DNA of 64,000 nucleotides from NCBI RefSeq assembly GCF_058153355.1, contig NZ_CM177019.1; one strand, 5' to 3'. Shown piece by piece: positions 41,410 to 53,401 of this stretch (position 1 is its first letter; each line of letters starts with the position of its first letter). The notes under the pieces were generated by a model. It saw only the letters and a program-made list of their open reading frames with translations, ran no database searches and was not told where the DNA came from. The position numbers and the translations under genes were made by a program.

Positions 41410-44142
41410 ATGATCCAGATTGATTTAGCCACGCTGGTAAAGCGGCTTAACCCCTTTGCAAAACAGGCGCTGGAAATGGCTGCCTCGGAGTGTATGAGCC
41501 AACAGGCCAGTGAGATCACCGTTGCCCATATGCTGTTGCAGATGCTGGCTATCCCGCGCAGCGACGTAAGGGTGATTACCGAACGCGCAGGTATCAGTGC
41601 GGAGGATTTACGCCAGACGCTGACCGTAGAGAGTTATCCCGGCGGACGTTCCGCCGAAGGCTATCCCAGCTTCTCCCCGATGCTGGTCGAATGGCTCAAG
41701 GAGTCATGGCTGCTGGCCTCGGCCCAGATGCAGCACAGCGAACTGCGCGGTGGCGTGCTGCTGCTGGCTCTGCTGCATTCACCGCTGCGCTACATTCCAC
41801 CCGCCGCCGCCCGTCTGCTGACGGCCATAAACCGCGACCAGTTACAGCAGGATTTCGCGTCATGGACTAAAGAGTCCGCCGAATCCGTGAACCAGGTTGG
41901 CGGACAGGCACCCGGCACGCCTGAAACCGGCGACAGCGGGCTTGCCCGCTACGCCAAAAACATGACCGAAGATGCCCGTAACGGCAAACTTGACCCTGTA
42001 CTGTGCCGTGACCATGAAATCGACCTGATGATCGACATTCTCTGCCGCCGTCGTAAAAACAATCCGGTGGTGGTGGGTGAAGCGGGTGTGGGTAAAAGTG
42101 CCTTAATCGAAGGGCTGGCGCTGCGTATTGTCTCAGGCCAGGTGCCGGACAAGCTGAAAAACACCGATATTATGACCCTTGACCTCGGCGCATTGCAGGC
42201 CGGGGCGTCAGTGAAGGGCGAGTTTGAAAAACGCTTTAAGGGACTAATGGCGGAAGTTATCTCGTCTCCTGTGCCGGTCATTCTGTTTATCGACGAAGCG
42301 CATACCCTGATTGGCGCGGGAAATCAGGCCGGAGGACTCGATGTTTCCGGGTTGCTGAAACCGGCGCTGGCGCGGGGTGAACTGAAAACCATCGCCGCCA
42401 CCACCTGGAGCGAATACAAAAAATACTTCGAGAAAGATGCCGCGCTTTCGCGCCGCTTCCAGTTAGTGAAAGTCAGTGAACCTACCGCAGCAGAAGCCAC
42501 CATTATTCTGCGCGGCCTGTCCACGGTCTATGAACAGTCGCACGGCGTGCTGATTGACGATGAGGCCTTACAGGCCGCAGCAACATTAAGCGAGCGTTAT
42601 CTCTCAGGGCGTCAGTTGCCGGATAAGGCCATCGACGTGCTCGATACGGCCTGCGCCCGTGTGGCAATCAACCTTTCTTCGCCGCCGAAACAGATTTCGG
42701 CGCTGGCCACGTTAAGCCAGCAGCAGGAGACGGAAATCCGCCAGCTTGAGCGCGAAAGGCGTATCGGGCTGCGTACCGATACCGCCCGGATGACGGAAGT
42801 GCTGGTGCAGTACGATGAAACACTGACGGCGCTGGATGAACTGGAAGCCGCCTGGCACCAGCAACAGGCGCTGGTACAGGAGATTATTACGCTACGCCAG
42901 CAGTTACTGGGCGTTGCAGAGGACACAGATGCCGTAGTGGATACGCCGTCAGAGTCAGAACAGGATAATACCGGTGCCGTACTGGCTGATGAAGCTGGCA
43001 GCGTACAGCCGGAAGAGACTGTTGAAACAGTTTCCCCGGTACAGCGTCTGGCACAGCTCACTACCGAGCTGGACGCCCTGCATAACGACCGGTTGCTGGT
43101 TTCCCCGCACGTCGATAAAACGCAGATTGCGGCGGTAATCGCAGAATGGACCGGCGTACCGCTTAACCGCCTGTCGCAGAATGAAATGTCGGTCATCACC
43201 AACCTGCCCGTATGGCTTGGAGACACTATCAAAGGCCAGGACCTGGCGATTGCCAGCCTGCATAAACATCTGCTGACTGCACGCGCCGACCTGCGCCGTC
43301 CGGGACGTCCGCTTGGCGCGTTCCTGCTGGCTGGCCCCAGCGGCGTGGGTAAAACCGAAACCGTCCTGCAACTGGCGGAACTGCTCTACGGCGGTCGCCA
43401 GTATCTGACCACCATCAATATGTCCGAGTTTCAGGAAAAACACACCGTCTCGCGGCTGATTGGTTCCCCTCCGGGCTATGTCGGCTATGGCGAAGGTGGC
43501 GTCCTGACCGAAGCGATTCGCCAGAAACCCTACTCGGTGGTGCTGCTCGATGAAGTGGAAAAAGCGCACCCGGATGTACTCAACCTGTTCTACCAGGCGT
43601 TTGACAAGGGCGAGATGGCAGACGGTGAAGGCCGCCTGATTGACTGTAAAAATATCGTTTTCTTCCTGACCTCCAACCTTGGCTACCAGGTGATTGTCGA
43701 ACACGCCGATGACCCGGAAACCATGCAGGAAGCCCTCTATCCGGTGCTGGCGGACTTCTTTAAACCTGCCCTGCTGGCGCGCATGGAAGTGGTGCCTTAC
43801 ATGCCGCTGTCGAAAGAGACGCTCGCTACCATTATTGCCGGGAAACTGGCCCGCCTGGATAACGTGCTGCGCAGCCGCTTTGGCGCGGACGTGATTATTG
43901 AGCCGGAAGTGACGGACGAAATCATGAGCCGTGTCACCCGCGCTGAAAACGGCGCAAGGATGCTCGAATCGGTCATCGACGGCGACATGCTGCCGCCGCT
44001 CTCGCTGCTGCTGTTGCAGAAGATGGCAGCCAACACGGCGATTGCCCGGATTCGTCTGTCGGCGGCAGACGGTGCATTCACAGCAGACGTGGAAGATGCT
44101 CAGGACGACGAGTCCGTCACAGAGGATGAAACGGTTTTATGA
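41410..44142 (+). CDS. clpV: T6SS AAA+ ATPase ClpV (TssH)
   Basis: 910 aa, Clp N-domain plus two AAA+ modules (GEAGVGKS and GPSGVGKT Walker A). Confidence 0.9.
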   Translation: MIQIDLATLVKRLNPFAKQALEMAASECMSQQASEITVAHMLLQMLAIPRSDVRVITERAGISAEDLRQTLTVESYPGGRSAEGYPSFSPMLVEWLKESWLLASAQMQHSELRGGVLLLALLHSPLRYIPPAAARLLTAINRDQLQQDFASWTKESAESVNQVGGQAPGTPETGDSGLARYAKNMTEDARNGKLDPVLCRDHEIDLMIDILCRRRKNNPVVVGEAGVGKSALIEGLALRIVSGQVPDKLKNTDIMTLDLGALQAGASVKGEFEKRFKGLMAEVISSPVPVILFIDEAHTLIGAGNQAGGLDVSGLLKPALARGELKTIAATTWSEYKKYFEKDAALSRRFQLVKVSEPTAAEATIILRGLSTVYEQSHGVLIDDEALQAAATLSERYLSGRQLPDKAIDVLDTACARVAINLSSPPKQISALATLSQQQETEIRQLERERRIGLRTDTARMTEVLVQYDETLTALDELEAAWHQQQALVQEIITLRQQLLGVAEDTDAVVDTPSESEQDNTGAVLADEAGSVQPEETVETVSPVQRLAQLTTELDALHNDRLLVSPHVDKTQIAAVIAEWTGVPLNRLSQNEMSVITNLPVWLGDTIKGQDLAIASLHKHLLTARADLRRPGRPLGAFLLAGPSGVGKTETVLQLAELLYGGRQYLTTINMSEFQEKHTVSRLIGSPPGYVGYGEGGVLTEAIRQKPYSVVLLDEVEKAHPDVLNLFYQAFDKGEMADGEGRLIDCKNIVFFLTSNLGYQVIVEHADDPETMQEALYPVLADFFKPALLARMEVVPYMPLSKETLATIIAGKLARLDNVLRSRFGADVIIEPEVTDEIMSRVTRAENGARMLESVIDGDMLPPLSLLLLQKMAANTAIARIRLSAADGAFTADVEDAQDDESVTEDETVL

Positions 44143-44882
44143 GCAGGTTGCGCGTTTTCCGGCAGACAGGATTGTTTATCGCGGGCCTGATGGCGGGCTT
44201 ACCCGCCAGTGCCGCACCCGCAGAAACATCGTCAATGGCCGGTGTGGCGGTAGCTGTCGCCACAGCGACACCGCCGGATGCGACAGCCACGTTACAGGCC
44301 ATGCAGTCCTGTCGCCAGGAGACGGCGGCGCTGGATCGGCTTGACTGTTATGACCGCATTCTTGCGCCGGAACAGGCTGGCTTTGGTGGTGCCGCACTGG
44401 TGAAAGCTCGTTACCAGGGTGAAGCCTGGACCCGTGCGACAGAACAGGAAAAACGCCGCCAGGGCAACACCACGGAGCTGCTGGTAACGCAAGTACCGGG
44501 TGAACGCCCGACGGTGGTGATAACCACCCCGGCTATCGGCCATGTTCCGCCGCGCCCGGTGCTGATGTTCAGTTGCGTGGACAATATCACCCGGATGCAG
44601 GTGGCGCTGATGCACCCTCTGGATGTCCATGATATCGCCGTCACCCTGAATGCCGACAGCCGGGCATTGCGCAGCCACTGGTTTGTGCGCGAGAACGGCA
44701 CCCTGCTGGAGTCCAGCCGGGGGTTATCCGGTATCGATGAAATTAAGCAACTGTTCGGCGCAAAAACGCTGACGGTGGATACCGGCACAGACAACGCCGC
44801 CGGAAAGCTGACCTTTAACATTGACGGGCTGGCACGGGTTATTGCGCCGCTACGCGACGCCTGCCACTGGGCGGGAGAATAA
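44139..44882 (+). CDS. VasI-like T6SS-associated exported protein
   Basis: 247 aa with signal peptide; position between clpV and tssA as vasI in the Vibrio cholerae vas cluster. Confidence 0.5.
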   Translation: MSRLRVFRQTGLFIAGLMAGLPASAAPAETSSMAGVAVAVATATPPDATATLQAMQSCRQETAALDRLDCYDRILAPEQAGFGGAALVKARYQGEAWTRATEQEKRRQGNTTELLVTQVPGERPTVVITTPAIGHVPPRPVLMFSCVDNITRMQVALMHPLDVHDIAVTLNADSRALRSHWFVRENGTLLESSRGLSGIDEIKQLFGAKTLTVDTGTDNAAGKLTFNIDGLARVIAPLRDACHWAGE

Positions 44883-44886
44883 GAAT

Positions 44887-46329
44887 ATGGCAATGGACTT
44901 ACGTAATCCTGATGTATGGCTTGCACACCTGCTGGAAAACCTGCCGGAAGATAAGCGGTCCGCCGCGCTTGATGATGGCAATGCAGACTGGGAGTTTATC
45001 GACAGCGAAATCGTCAAGCTCGGCTCGCTGGCGCACAGCCAGCTCGATATCCCGGAACTTCAGCGCCGGGGCCTGATGCTTCTGGCCTCAGAAACCAAAG
45101 ATTTTCGCCTGCTGGCCCACCTGCTGCGTACCCTGCAACATGCCGGTGATATTCTGCTGGCCACCAGGATGCTGGCACAATATACAGAACACTACTGGAC
45201 ATGCGCCGCACCGCAGAACATGGCCCACAAAAAACGCTTTGCCGCCCAGGTGATAAAACGCTTTGAGTCTGCCGTTCAGGACTTTGCCGGGAATGCTGCG
45301 ACAATACAGCGCGATGCTTTGCTGGGAGAGCTGGCAAAACTGGCACAGTGCTGGCAGGCGCACAACGCGCCTGAGCTGGCTAAGGCGACAGACGATTTAT
45401 TTGCCCTGTTTCAGCGCGCGTTTCGTGATGTAGCGCCTGAAATGCCATCATCTGCACGAACCGCCGCCATTGCGCCGCAGGCCACAGCCGGATCTGTACC
45501 GGATATGTCACCGCACACGGTTGCCGCTCAGCCTCCTGTTGCAGCCACTCCAATCCCGCAGGTCACTGTTGACAGCCACGACGATAAAGCATGGCGCGAC
45601 ACCCTGCTGAAGGTGGCCGCCATTCTCTGTGAGCGCCAGCCGGAGTCACCGCAGGGTTACCGACTGCGCCGCCATGCTCTGTGGCAGACCATCACCAGTC
45701 CCCCGCAGGCAGAAAGCGATGGCCGGACCCCACTGGCAGCCTTCCCTGTCGATATGATGGATGATTACCTGGCGCGGCTGAACAATGCCGACATGGCGCT
45801 GTGGCAGCAGGTGGAAAAAAGCCTGCTGCTGGCCCCGTACTGGCTGGACGGTCATTACCTCTCAGCACAGACCGCGCTGCGCCTCGGTTATAAACAGGTG
45901 GCGGATGCTATCCGTGATGAAGTTACCGGTTTTCTGGCCCGCCTGCCCGCACTGATCAACCTGTTGTTTAACGACCGCACTCCGTTTGTGTCCGAACAGA
46001 CGAAACAGTGGCTGGCATCATCCGACTCAGTCAACCAGACCGCCCCAGTTGTACAGACCGATGAAGAATTACAGGCGGCCAGGGCGTGCTTCGATGAAAA
46101 CGGGCTGGAAGCCGCGCTGCGGTACCTGGAAAATCTGCCCGAAGGTGATCCCCGCCACCAGTTTCACCGCCAGTTTTTCGGCGCGCAGTTACTGGAAGAG
46201 GCCGGTATGGTTCAGCTTGCACAACAGCAGTACCGGATGCTCTTCAGAACAGGATTACACATGATGCTGTCCGAATGGGAACCGTCCCTGCTGGAAGCAC
46301 TGGAACAAAAATTCACGGCAGAACAGTAA
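44887..46329 (+). CDS. tssA: T6SS protein TssA (ImpA N-terminal domain)
   Basis: 481 aa from MAMDLRNPDVW...; RBS gggaga upstream. Confidence 0.75.
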   Translation: MAMDLRNPDVWLAHLLENLPEDKRSAALDDGNADWEFIDSEIVKLGSLAHSQLDIPELQRRGLMLLASETKDFRLLAHLLRTLQHAGDILLATRMLAQYTEHYWTCAAPQNMAHKKRFAAQVIKRFESAVQDFAGNAATIQRDALLGELAKLAQCWQAHNAPELAKATDDLFALFQRAFRDVAPEMPSSARTAAIAPQATAGSVPDMSPHTVAAQPPVAATPIPQVTVDSHDDKAWRDTLLKVAAILCERQPESPQGYRLRRHALWQTITSPPQAESDGRTPLAAFPVDMMDDYLARLNNADMALWQQVEKSLLLAPYWLDGHYLSAQTALRLGYKQVADAIRDEVTGFLARLPALINLLFNDRTPFVSEQTKQWLASSDSVNQTAPVVQTDEELQAARACFDENGLEAALRYLENLPEGDPRHQFHRQFFGAQLLEEAGMVQLAQQQYRMLFRTGLHMMLSEWEPSLLEALEQKFTAEQ

Positions 46330-46348
46330 AAGATAACAAGGAGTTACC

Positions 46349-49300
46349 GTGTTCAAATTTCCCACATCCCGACTGTTCAGCTCGTTGAGATCTGCGCTCA
46401 GGCCAGCGATGCCGCGATTCAGGGTATCCGCCGCCTGGCTGCTGGCGCTGGCATGGATTTTTCTGCTGGTGTGGATCTGGTGGCAGGGTCCAAAATGGAC
46501 GCTCTATGAGCAGCACTGGCTGGCTCCGCTGGCAAACCGCTGGCTGGCGACCGCCGTCTGGGGGCTTATCGCTCTGGTCTGGCTCACCTGGCGGATAATG
46601 AAGCGTCTGCAAAAGCTGGAAAAACAGCAGAAACAGCAGCGGGAGGAAGAAAAAGATCCGTTGACCGTGGAACTCCACCACCAGCAGCAATATCTGGATC
46701 ACTGGCTGCTGCGCCTGCGCCACCATCTGGATAACCGCCGTTATCTGTGGCAGTTGCCGTGGTATATGGTCATTGGTCCTGCGGGTAGCGGCAAAAGCAC
46801 GCTGCTGCGCGAGGGCTTTCCGTCTGACATTATTTACATGCCGGAAAGCATCCGGGGTGTGGAATATCATCCGCTGATCACACCGCGAGTGGGCAACCAG
46901 GCAGTAATTTTCGATGTTGACGGCGTACTGACCTCCCCCGGCGGGGATGATCTGCTCCACCGCCGCCTGCGCGAACACTGGCTGGGCTGGCTGATGGAAA
47001 CGCGCGCACGCCAGCCGCTCAATGGTCTGATCCTGACGCTCGATCTTCCCGAGCTGCTGACGGCGGATAAACCCCGTCGCGAAGCACTGGTACAAAATCT
47101 GCGTCAGCAACTTCAGGAAATTCGCCAGTGCCTGCACTGCCGGTTGCCCGTTTATGTGGTGCTGACCCGGCTGGATCTACTGACCGGCTTTGCCGCGCTG
47201 TTCCATTCACTGGATAAAAAAGACCGCGACGCGATCCTCGGCGTCACGTTTACCCGCCGCGCCCATGAAAACGATGACTGGCGCAGCGAGCTGAGCGCCT
47301 TCTGGCAGACATGGGGGCAACAAATGAACCTGGCCCTGTCAGACCTGATGCTTGTGCAGACCGGTGTTGCACTGCGCAGCGCCGTATTCAGTTTCTCCCG
47401 TCAGATGCAGAGTACGGGAGAAATCGTCGCCTCACTGCTCGCCGCATTGTTGGAGGGTGAGAACATGGACGTAATGCTGCGTGGCGTCTGGCTCACATCC
47501 TCGCTACAGCGCGGCCAGGTAGACGATCTTTTCACGCAGTCCGCCGCCCGCCAGTACGGGCTGGGCAACAGCTCGCTGGCGACCTGGCCCCTGGTGGAAA
47601 CAACGCCGTATTTCACCCGCCGCCTCTTCCCGGAAGTCCTGCTGGCCGAGCCAAACCTTGCTGGTGAAAACAGCGTCTGGCTGAACAGCTCCCGGCGCAG
47701 GCTAACCGCCTTTTCCGCCTGTGGCGCGGCACTGGCGGCATTGCTGGTCGGAAGCTGGCACCATTATTACAACCAGAACTGGCAGTCCGGCGTTAACGTA
47801 CTGGCACAGGCTAAAGCCTTTATGGACGTACCACCACCGCAGGGAAAGGATGAATTCGGCAATCTGCAACTGCCGTTACTCAACCCGGTACGCGATGCCA
47901 CCCTCGCCTACGGCGATTACCGCGATCACGGTTTTCTGGCGGATATGGGATTGTACCAGGGCGTCCGCGTAGGGCCATATGTGGAACAAACCTACATTCA
48001 GCTTCTTGAGCAGCGTTATCTCCCCTCGTTAATGAACGGCCTGATCCGGGATCTGAACAATGCCCCGCCTGAGAGTGAAGAAAAACTCGCCGTGCTGCGC
48101 GTAGTGCGCATGATGGAAGACAAAAGTGGGCGCAACAACGAGGCGGTAAAACAGTACATGGCACGGCGCTGGAGCAATGAATTTCACGGCCAGCGTGATA
48201 TTCAGGCGCAACTGATGGCACATCTGGACTATGCGCTGGAACACACCGACTGGCACGCGCAGCGCCAGAGCGGCGACAGCGACGCCATCAGCCGCTGGAC
48301 ACCCTATGATAAACCGGTCATTAATGCGCAACATGAACTGAGCAAACTGCCGATATACCAGCGTGTCTACCAGACCCTACGCGCCAAAGCATTAAGCGTG
48401 TTGCCCGCCGATTTGAATTTGCGCGACCAGGTTGGTCCCACCTTCGACAACGTGTTCGTCGCCGGTAATGATGAAAAACTGGTGATCCCGCAGTTTCTCA
48501 CCCGTTATGGCCTGCAAAGCTATTTTATCAAACAACACGACGGTCTTGTTGAGTTGACCGCGCTGGATTCGTGGGTGCTGAACCTGACGCAAAGCGTCGC
48601 CTACAGCGAGGCCGACCGTGAAGAGATCCAGCGCCATATCACTGAACAGTACCTCAGTGACTATACCGCTACATGGCGTGCCGGAATGGATAATCTCAAC
48701 GTCCGTGACTATGAGGCCATGCCGGCGCTGACCGACGCGCTGGAGCAGATTATCAGCGGCGATCAGCCATTCCAGCGTGCGCTGACGGCGCTGCGCGATA
48801 ATACACACGCGCTGACGCTCTCCGGCAAACTGGATGATAAGGCGAGGGAAGCGGCGATAAATGAGATGGATTACCGCCTGTTATCCCGGCTGGGGCATGA
48901 GTTCGCGCCGGAAAATAGCGCACTGGAGGAGCAAAAGGACAAGGCGAGTACGCTACAGGCCGTGCACCAGCAACTGACCGAGCTGCACCGTTACCTGCTG
49001 GCGATTCAGAACTCTCCAGTGTCTGGGAAATCGGCGCTGAAAGCAGTACAGCTACGGCTGGATCAAAACAGCAGCGATCCAATCTTCGCCACCCGTCAGA
49101 TGGCAAAAACCCTGCCTGCGCCTCTTAACCGCTGGGTGGGCAAGCTGGCGGATCAGGCCTGGCATGTAGTGATGGTGGAAGCCGTTCATTACATGGAAGT
49201 GGACTGGCGCGACAATGTAGTGAATCCCTTCAACGAACAGCTTGCCGACAACTATCCATTTCGCCACACAGGATGCCTCACTGGATGCGTTTGAACGTTT

Positions 49301-49868
49301 CTTTAAACCGGATGGCATTCTGGACAATTTCTATAAGGACAACCTGCGACTGTTCCTTGAAAACGATCTGACCTTTGGCGACGACGGCAGAGTGCTGATC
49401 CGTGAAGATATCCGACAACAACTGGATACCGCGCAAAAAATCCGCGACATCTTCTTCAGCCAGCAGAACGGGCTGGGCACACAATTTGCCGTGGAAACGG
49501 TGTCGCTTTCCGGCAATAAACGGCGCAGCGTACTTAACCTGGACGGCCAGTTAGTGGACTACAGCCAGGGACGCAACTATACCGCCCATCTGGTCTGGCC
49601 AAACAACATGCGTGAAGGCAATGAAAGCAAGCTGACGCTGGTTGGCACCAGCGGTGGAGCACCGCGCAGTATCGCTTTCAGTGGACCGTGGGCGCAGTTC
49701 CGCCTGTTCGGCGCGGGCCAGTTGACCAACGTGACCAGTGACACCTTTAACGTGCGCTTTAACGTGGACGGCGGCGCGATGGTTTACCGGGTACATGTGG
49801 ATACCGAAGACAACCCATTCACCGGCGGTCTGTTCAGCCAGTTCCGTTTACCGGATACGTTGTATTAA
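46349..49868 (+). pseudogene. tssM: T6SS membrane-complex protein TssM (IcmF-like), split by a frameshift
   Basis: ORF 46349..49294 (981 aa, N-terminal TM helices and Walker A GPAGSGKST) and ORF 49242..49868 (208 aa, IcmF C-terminal-like) overlap in frames offset by one; span 3520 nt = 3n+1; shift maps to ccatttcgcc near 49256-49265. Confidence 0.7.
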
Positions 49869-49878
49869 GGGGATAGTG

Positions 49879-51237
49879 ATGAGCAACAACGCACCGACAC
49901 AAACTATCGTTACCGGCAGCGATCCGCGTACCCTGCCGGAGTTCAGCGCCATCCGCGAAGAAATTAACAAAGCTAACCACCCGTCACAGCCGGAGCTGAA
50001 CTGGAAACTAGTGGAATCGCTGGCGCTGTCAATTTTTAAGGCCAACGGGGTGGATTTGCATACCGCCACCTACTATACGCTGGCACGTACACGTAATCAG
50101 GGACTGGCAGGGTTCTGTGAAGGCGCGGAACTGCTAGCTGCGATGATCACCCACGAATGGGATAAATTCTGGCCGCAAAGTGGCCCGGCGAGGACTGAGA
50201 TGCTGGACTGGTTCAACACCCGCACCGGGAATATCCTGCGCCAGCAGGTTTCCTTTTCCGAAAATGATCTTTCGTTGCTCTACCGCACGGAACGGGCTTT
50301 GCAGCTTATCTGCGACAAACTCCAGCAGGTGGAACTGAAGCGCCAACCGCGCGTGGAAAATCTGCTTTATTTTGTGCAGAACACACGCAAGCGGTTTGAG
50401 CCGCAGCCCAGAAACCGTACTGCTACGGCGGCACAGACCATGGTCAGAACGCTGGTCTATGCGCCTGAAGGCACGGCTTCCGCCACAGCGGAAACCATGC
50501 CCCCCCTACCCGACCTGCCGGAAATGCGGGTGGAGGTGCGCGGAGTGGCAGATAACGCCGACAAAGCAAAACAGGGCGACACGGTAAAAGGTTTTGTTGC
50601 CGGTGCCGCCTGTACTGCCGTTATCGCTGCTGCACTCTGGTGGTGGCAGACGTACCCGATGCAGCGGCAGCTTACAAAGGTCAGGGATACCACACAGGGA
50701 GCAGCCACCGTCTGGCTGGCATCACCGGTACTGAAAGAATATGAACAGAACCTGCAACAGCTTCTGAATACCCCACCGCTACAGCCGCTGGAAACCGGAA
50801 TGCAGATGATGCGCACCGCAGACACCCTCTGGCCGGAAAGCCTGCAACAGCAGGAAGCCAGCCGGATGTGGAGCACCACGCTGAGAAACCGGGCGCAAGC
50901 CAGTCCACAGATGAAGGGCTGGCAACAGGCGCGGCAGAATTTGCGGGATTTTGCGGATCTGATGATGAAAAAGGAGACGGAGAAACAGGGTTTCACCCTC
51001 TCGTATATCAAAACTGTGACCTGGCAGGCCGAACGGTTACTGAATCAGGAAACTCCACTGGAGTACATGCTGACGCAGTACCAGGAGACCCGCACGCAGA
51101 ATCAGGACACACAGGCGCTAGCAAAAGAGATCAACCAACGGCTGGATGGGCTGTTAAGCCGCTGGCTGTTGCTGAAAAATACCGGACAGGATATGGCAAC
51201 GGACAACAGCACCGTGCCAGTCCCTCCGACTCATTGA
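49879..51237 (+). CDS. VasL-like T6SS accessory protein (ImpA_N domain, predicted TM segment)
   Basis: 453 aa from MSNNAPTQ...; ImpA-N-like N-terminus; position after tssM as vasL. Confidence 0.55.
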   Translation: MSNNAPTQTIVTGSDPRTLPEFSAIREEINKANHPSQPELNWKLVESLALSIFKANGVDLHTATYYTLARTRNQGLAGFCEGAELLAAMITHEWDKFWPQSGPARTEMLDWFNTRTGNILRQQVSFSENDLSLLYRTERALQLICDKLQQVELKRQPRVENLLYFVQNTRKRFEPQPRNRTATAAQTMVRTLVYAPEGTASATAETMPPLPDLPEMRVEVRGVADNADKAKQGDTVKGFVAGAACTAVIAAALWWWQTYPMQRQLTKVRDTTQGAATVWLASPVLKEYEQNLQQLLNTPPLQPLETGMQMMRTADTLWPESLQQQEASRMWSTTLRNRAQASPQMKGWQQARQNLRDFADLMMKKETEKQGFTLSYIKTVTWQAERLLNQETPLEYMLTQYQETRTQNQDTQALAKEINQRLDGLLSRWLLLKNTGQDMATDNSTVPVPPTH

Positions 51238-51254
51238 GTTTAAGGAGAATAACA

Positions 51255-51734
51255 ATGGCAAATCCCGTCTATCTGACACTGAACGGAGAACTTCAGGGGC
51301 TGATTTCATCCGGATGCTCGTCAATGCCGTCCATCGGTAACAAAGCCCAGATTGCACATCAGGATCAGATCATGGTGACGTCACTGTCCCATGGTCTGAG
51401 CCGGGCGCAGAATGTCAACCACCAGGAGCTGACCATCACGAAACCGGTGGACAAATCTTCCCCCCTGCTGGGCAAGGCCATTTCGGAGAATGAATGTCTG
51501 ACCTGTGATTTTGTATTCTATCGCACCAACCGCTTTGGTGTTAATGAACCGTACTACAAGGTGAAACTGACTAACGCCCGGATCTCAAACATCGGCCTTA
51601 CCGTTCCCCATACCATTAACGACAGCCCAGGACAGCCGGAAGAGTCTGTGTCATTTACCTATGAGAGTATCAACTGGGAGCACAGCGTCGCCGGAACCAG
51701 TGCGTACAGCCTTTGGAGTGAACGGATTTTCTAA
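51255..51734 (+). CDS. hcp: Hcp-family protein (second, divergent hcp)
   Basis: 159 aa from MANPVYLTLNGELQGLISSG...; Hcp-like pattern (KPVDKSSPLL, FTYESINWEH); RBS aaggaga 7 nt upstream. Confidence 0.75.
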   Translation: MANPVYLTLNGELQGLISSGCSSMPSIGNKAQIAHQDQIMVTSLSHGLSRAQNVNHQELTITKPVDKSSPLLGKAISENECLTCDFVFYRTNRFGVNEPYYKVKLTNARISNIGLTVPHTINDSPGQPEESVSFTYESINWEHSVAGTSAYSLWSERIF

Positions 51735-52076
51735 GTTACCTGGGAGTTTTTCATCTGCATTATTGTTATATTTTAAAAAGGCAATTTAACATTATAAAAT
51801 AAAATGACAAAGTACGGTTAATCACGAATAAAAATTCTTAATTAACCGTACCTGCTGTTTTATAGATGTGTATGAGGTATTTTTGACAGTTCAACCGAAA
51901 ACTCGAACTACAGCTTATATGTTGAGAGAACAATAAATAACTTTAGTAAAGTTTTTTACTACTCCTAAAAAAAATATATATGTAAAATTAATTAGCAGAC
52001 TTGAACCAGAGTATAAATAGAAAAGAAAATGCTCTTTCTTGCTAAGTACCATTAAAACGACTTGTATAAAACCTTA

Positions 52077-52862
52077 CTACTGATAGCGATTCACCAGATC
52101 TTTAACCACTGCTGCGTACGTTTTCTGCTTAAGTTGTGAAATCTGCTGTTCTGCCACATCAAGGCTGTCAGAATTTTTATTCCCTATCTGCGGAAAAATC
52201 ACTTTCGATTCATAATTCACAGGCGACCAGGTAGCCCACTCACCTGTAGCCACATCCACCAGCGTGAATCGAACCAAATAACGCAGTGACATCGTGTCAG
52301 TCAATTTTTGATTTTTATAATCTGACCAAACTATTGATTTCAATCCAGAGTCATATTTTCCTGTCTGCAACGTATCCTGGAAAACAATAATCGCTTTCTG
52401 ATGGCCTTTTGCCGCAACAAAACGTAATGCCTGCATCCAGTTCATATTTTCGGCATCTACAACATCCAGACTTTCATCTTTGTTTTTGTCTTTATTACAA
52501 GTTACAGGTTTTTGCCTGTCAGGAATGCCAGAAAATGTGGCAACTGTATAATATTTTCTCATCTCCTCCTGCATAATGGTTTCCGGTGCGCGACTGCCAG
52601 ACTGAACAAGTATAACGGGAGAATTAAGAGGCACACGAAACTCATCTCCTTCAAGCGCAGCTTGAATATCCTCCTCGGATACAGCCAGTGTGGTTTCATT
52701 ACCATATAAATCTTTGTCTGTTAGTTGCTGGGGAACGTTTTTATTAATAGAACTTTGTGCGGTTTGAGTTTTTTTCTTTTTTTCATCAATAGGAGATTCA
52801 GAGGCACATCCTGCAAGCAGCGAGAATAATACACATATACAACAAACCCTTCTTAAATTCAT
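52077..52862 (-). CDS. yafT: Lipoprotein YafT
   Basis: 261 aa with lipobox LLAGC; adjacent to aspV as in K-12. Confidence 0.7.
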   Translation of the reverse strand: MNLRRVCCICVLFSLLAGCASESPIDEKKKKTQTAQSSINKNVPQQLTDKDLYGNETTLAVSEEDIQAALEGDEFRVPLNSPVILVQSGSRAPETIMQEEMRKYYTVATFSGIPDRQKPVTCNKDKNKDESLDVVDAENMNWMQALRFVAAKGHQKAIIVFQDTLQTGKYDSGLKSIVWSDYKNQKLTDTMSLRYLVRFTLVDVATGEWATWSPVNYESKVIFPQIGNKNSDSLDVAEQQISQLKQKTYAAVVKDLVNRYQ

Positions 52863-53192
52863 AATCGGACACTCCCTCGCCTGTCATAATCATGGTAATG
52901 TTTAGCTAACGATTTTTAATTATATACTCCACTTGAATCAGAACAAACAAAAATAACAGCAAATATAAATTCATTAAATCAATAGAAAAATGAAAATCAT
53001 AACATGCAAATATATTTAAATTGAATGATTCGATAGTATGATTAAATATTAATGATATGGTCTACCATATGTGATTAACACATTTACAGCATAACAAAAT
53101 CATAGACCGAAGAAATAGCGGGATTTAAATGCAAAAAACCGCAAAATTAAAAATCTTGCGGTTCTCTGAACCTCATTTTCATGAGGTGAATT

Positions 53193-53269
53193 TGGCGGAA
53201 CGGACGGGACTCGAACCCGCGACCCCCTGCGTGACAGGCAGGTATTCTAACCGACTGAACTACCGCTCC
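53193..53269 (-). tRNA. aspV: tRNA-Asp (GUC)
   Basis: Reverse complement equals the E. coli tRNA-Asp sequence including CCA; hairpin plus T-run terminator just 3' of it. Confidence 0.95.
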
Positions 53270-53401
53270 GCGTTTTGTTCCGTTGGGAACGAGGCGAATA
53301 TTACGGATTGCCTCACCCTTCGTCAACGGTTTTTCTCATCTTTTGAATCGTTTGCTGCAAAAATCGCCCAAGTCGCTATTTTTAGCGCCTTTTACAGGTA
53401 T

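Noticed and set aside
42612-43704. Minus-strand ORFs (206 and 249 aa) inside clpV
   Set aside because: Antisense to a complete AAA+ ATPase gene; low-complexity Ser/Arg-rich translations.
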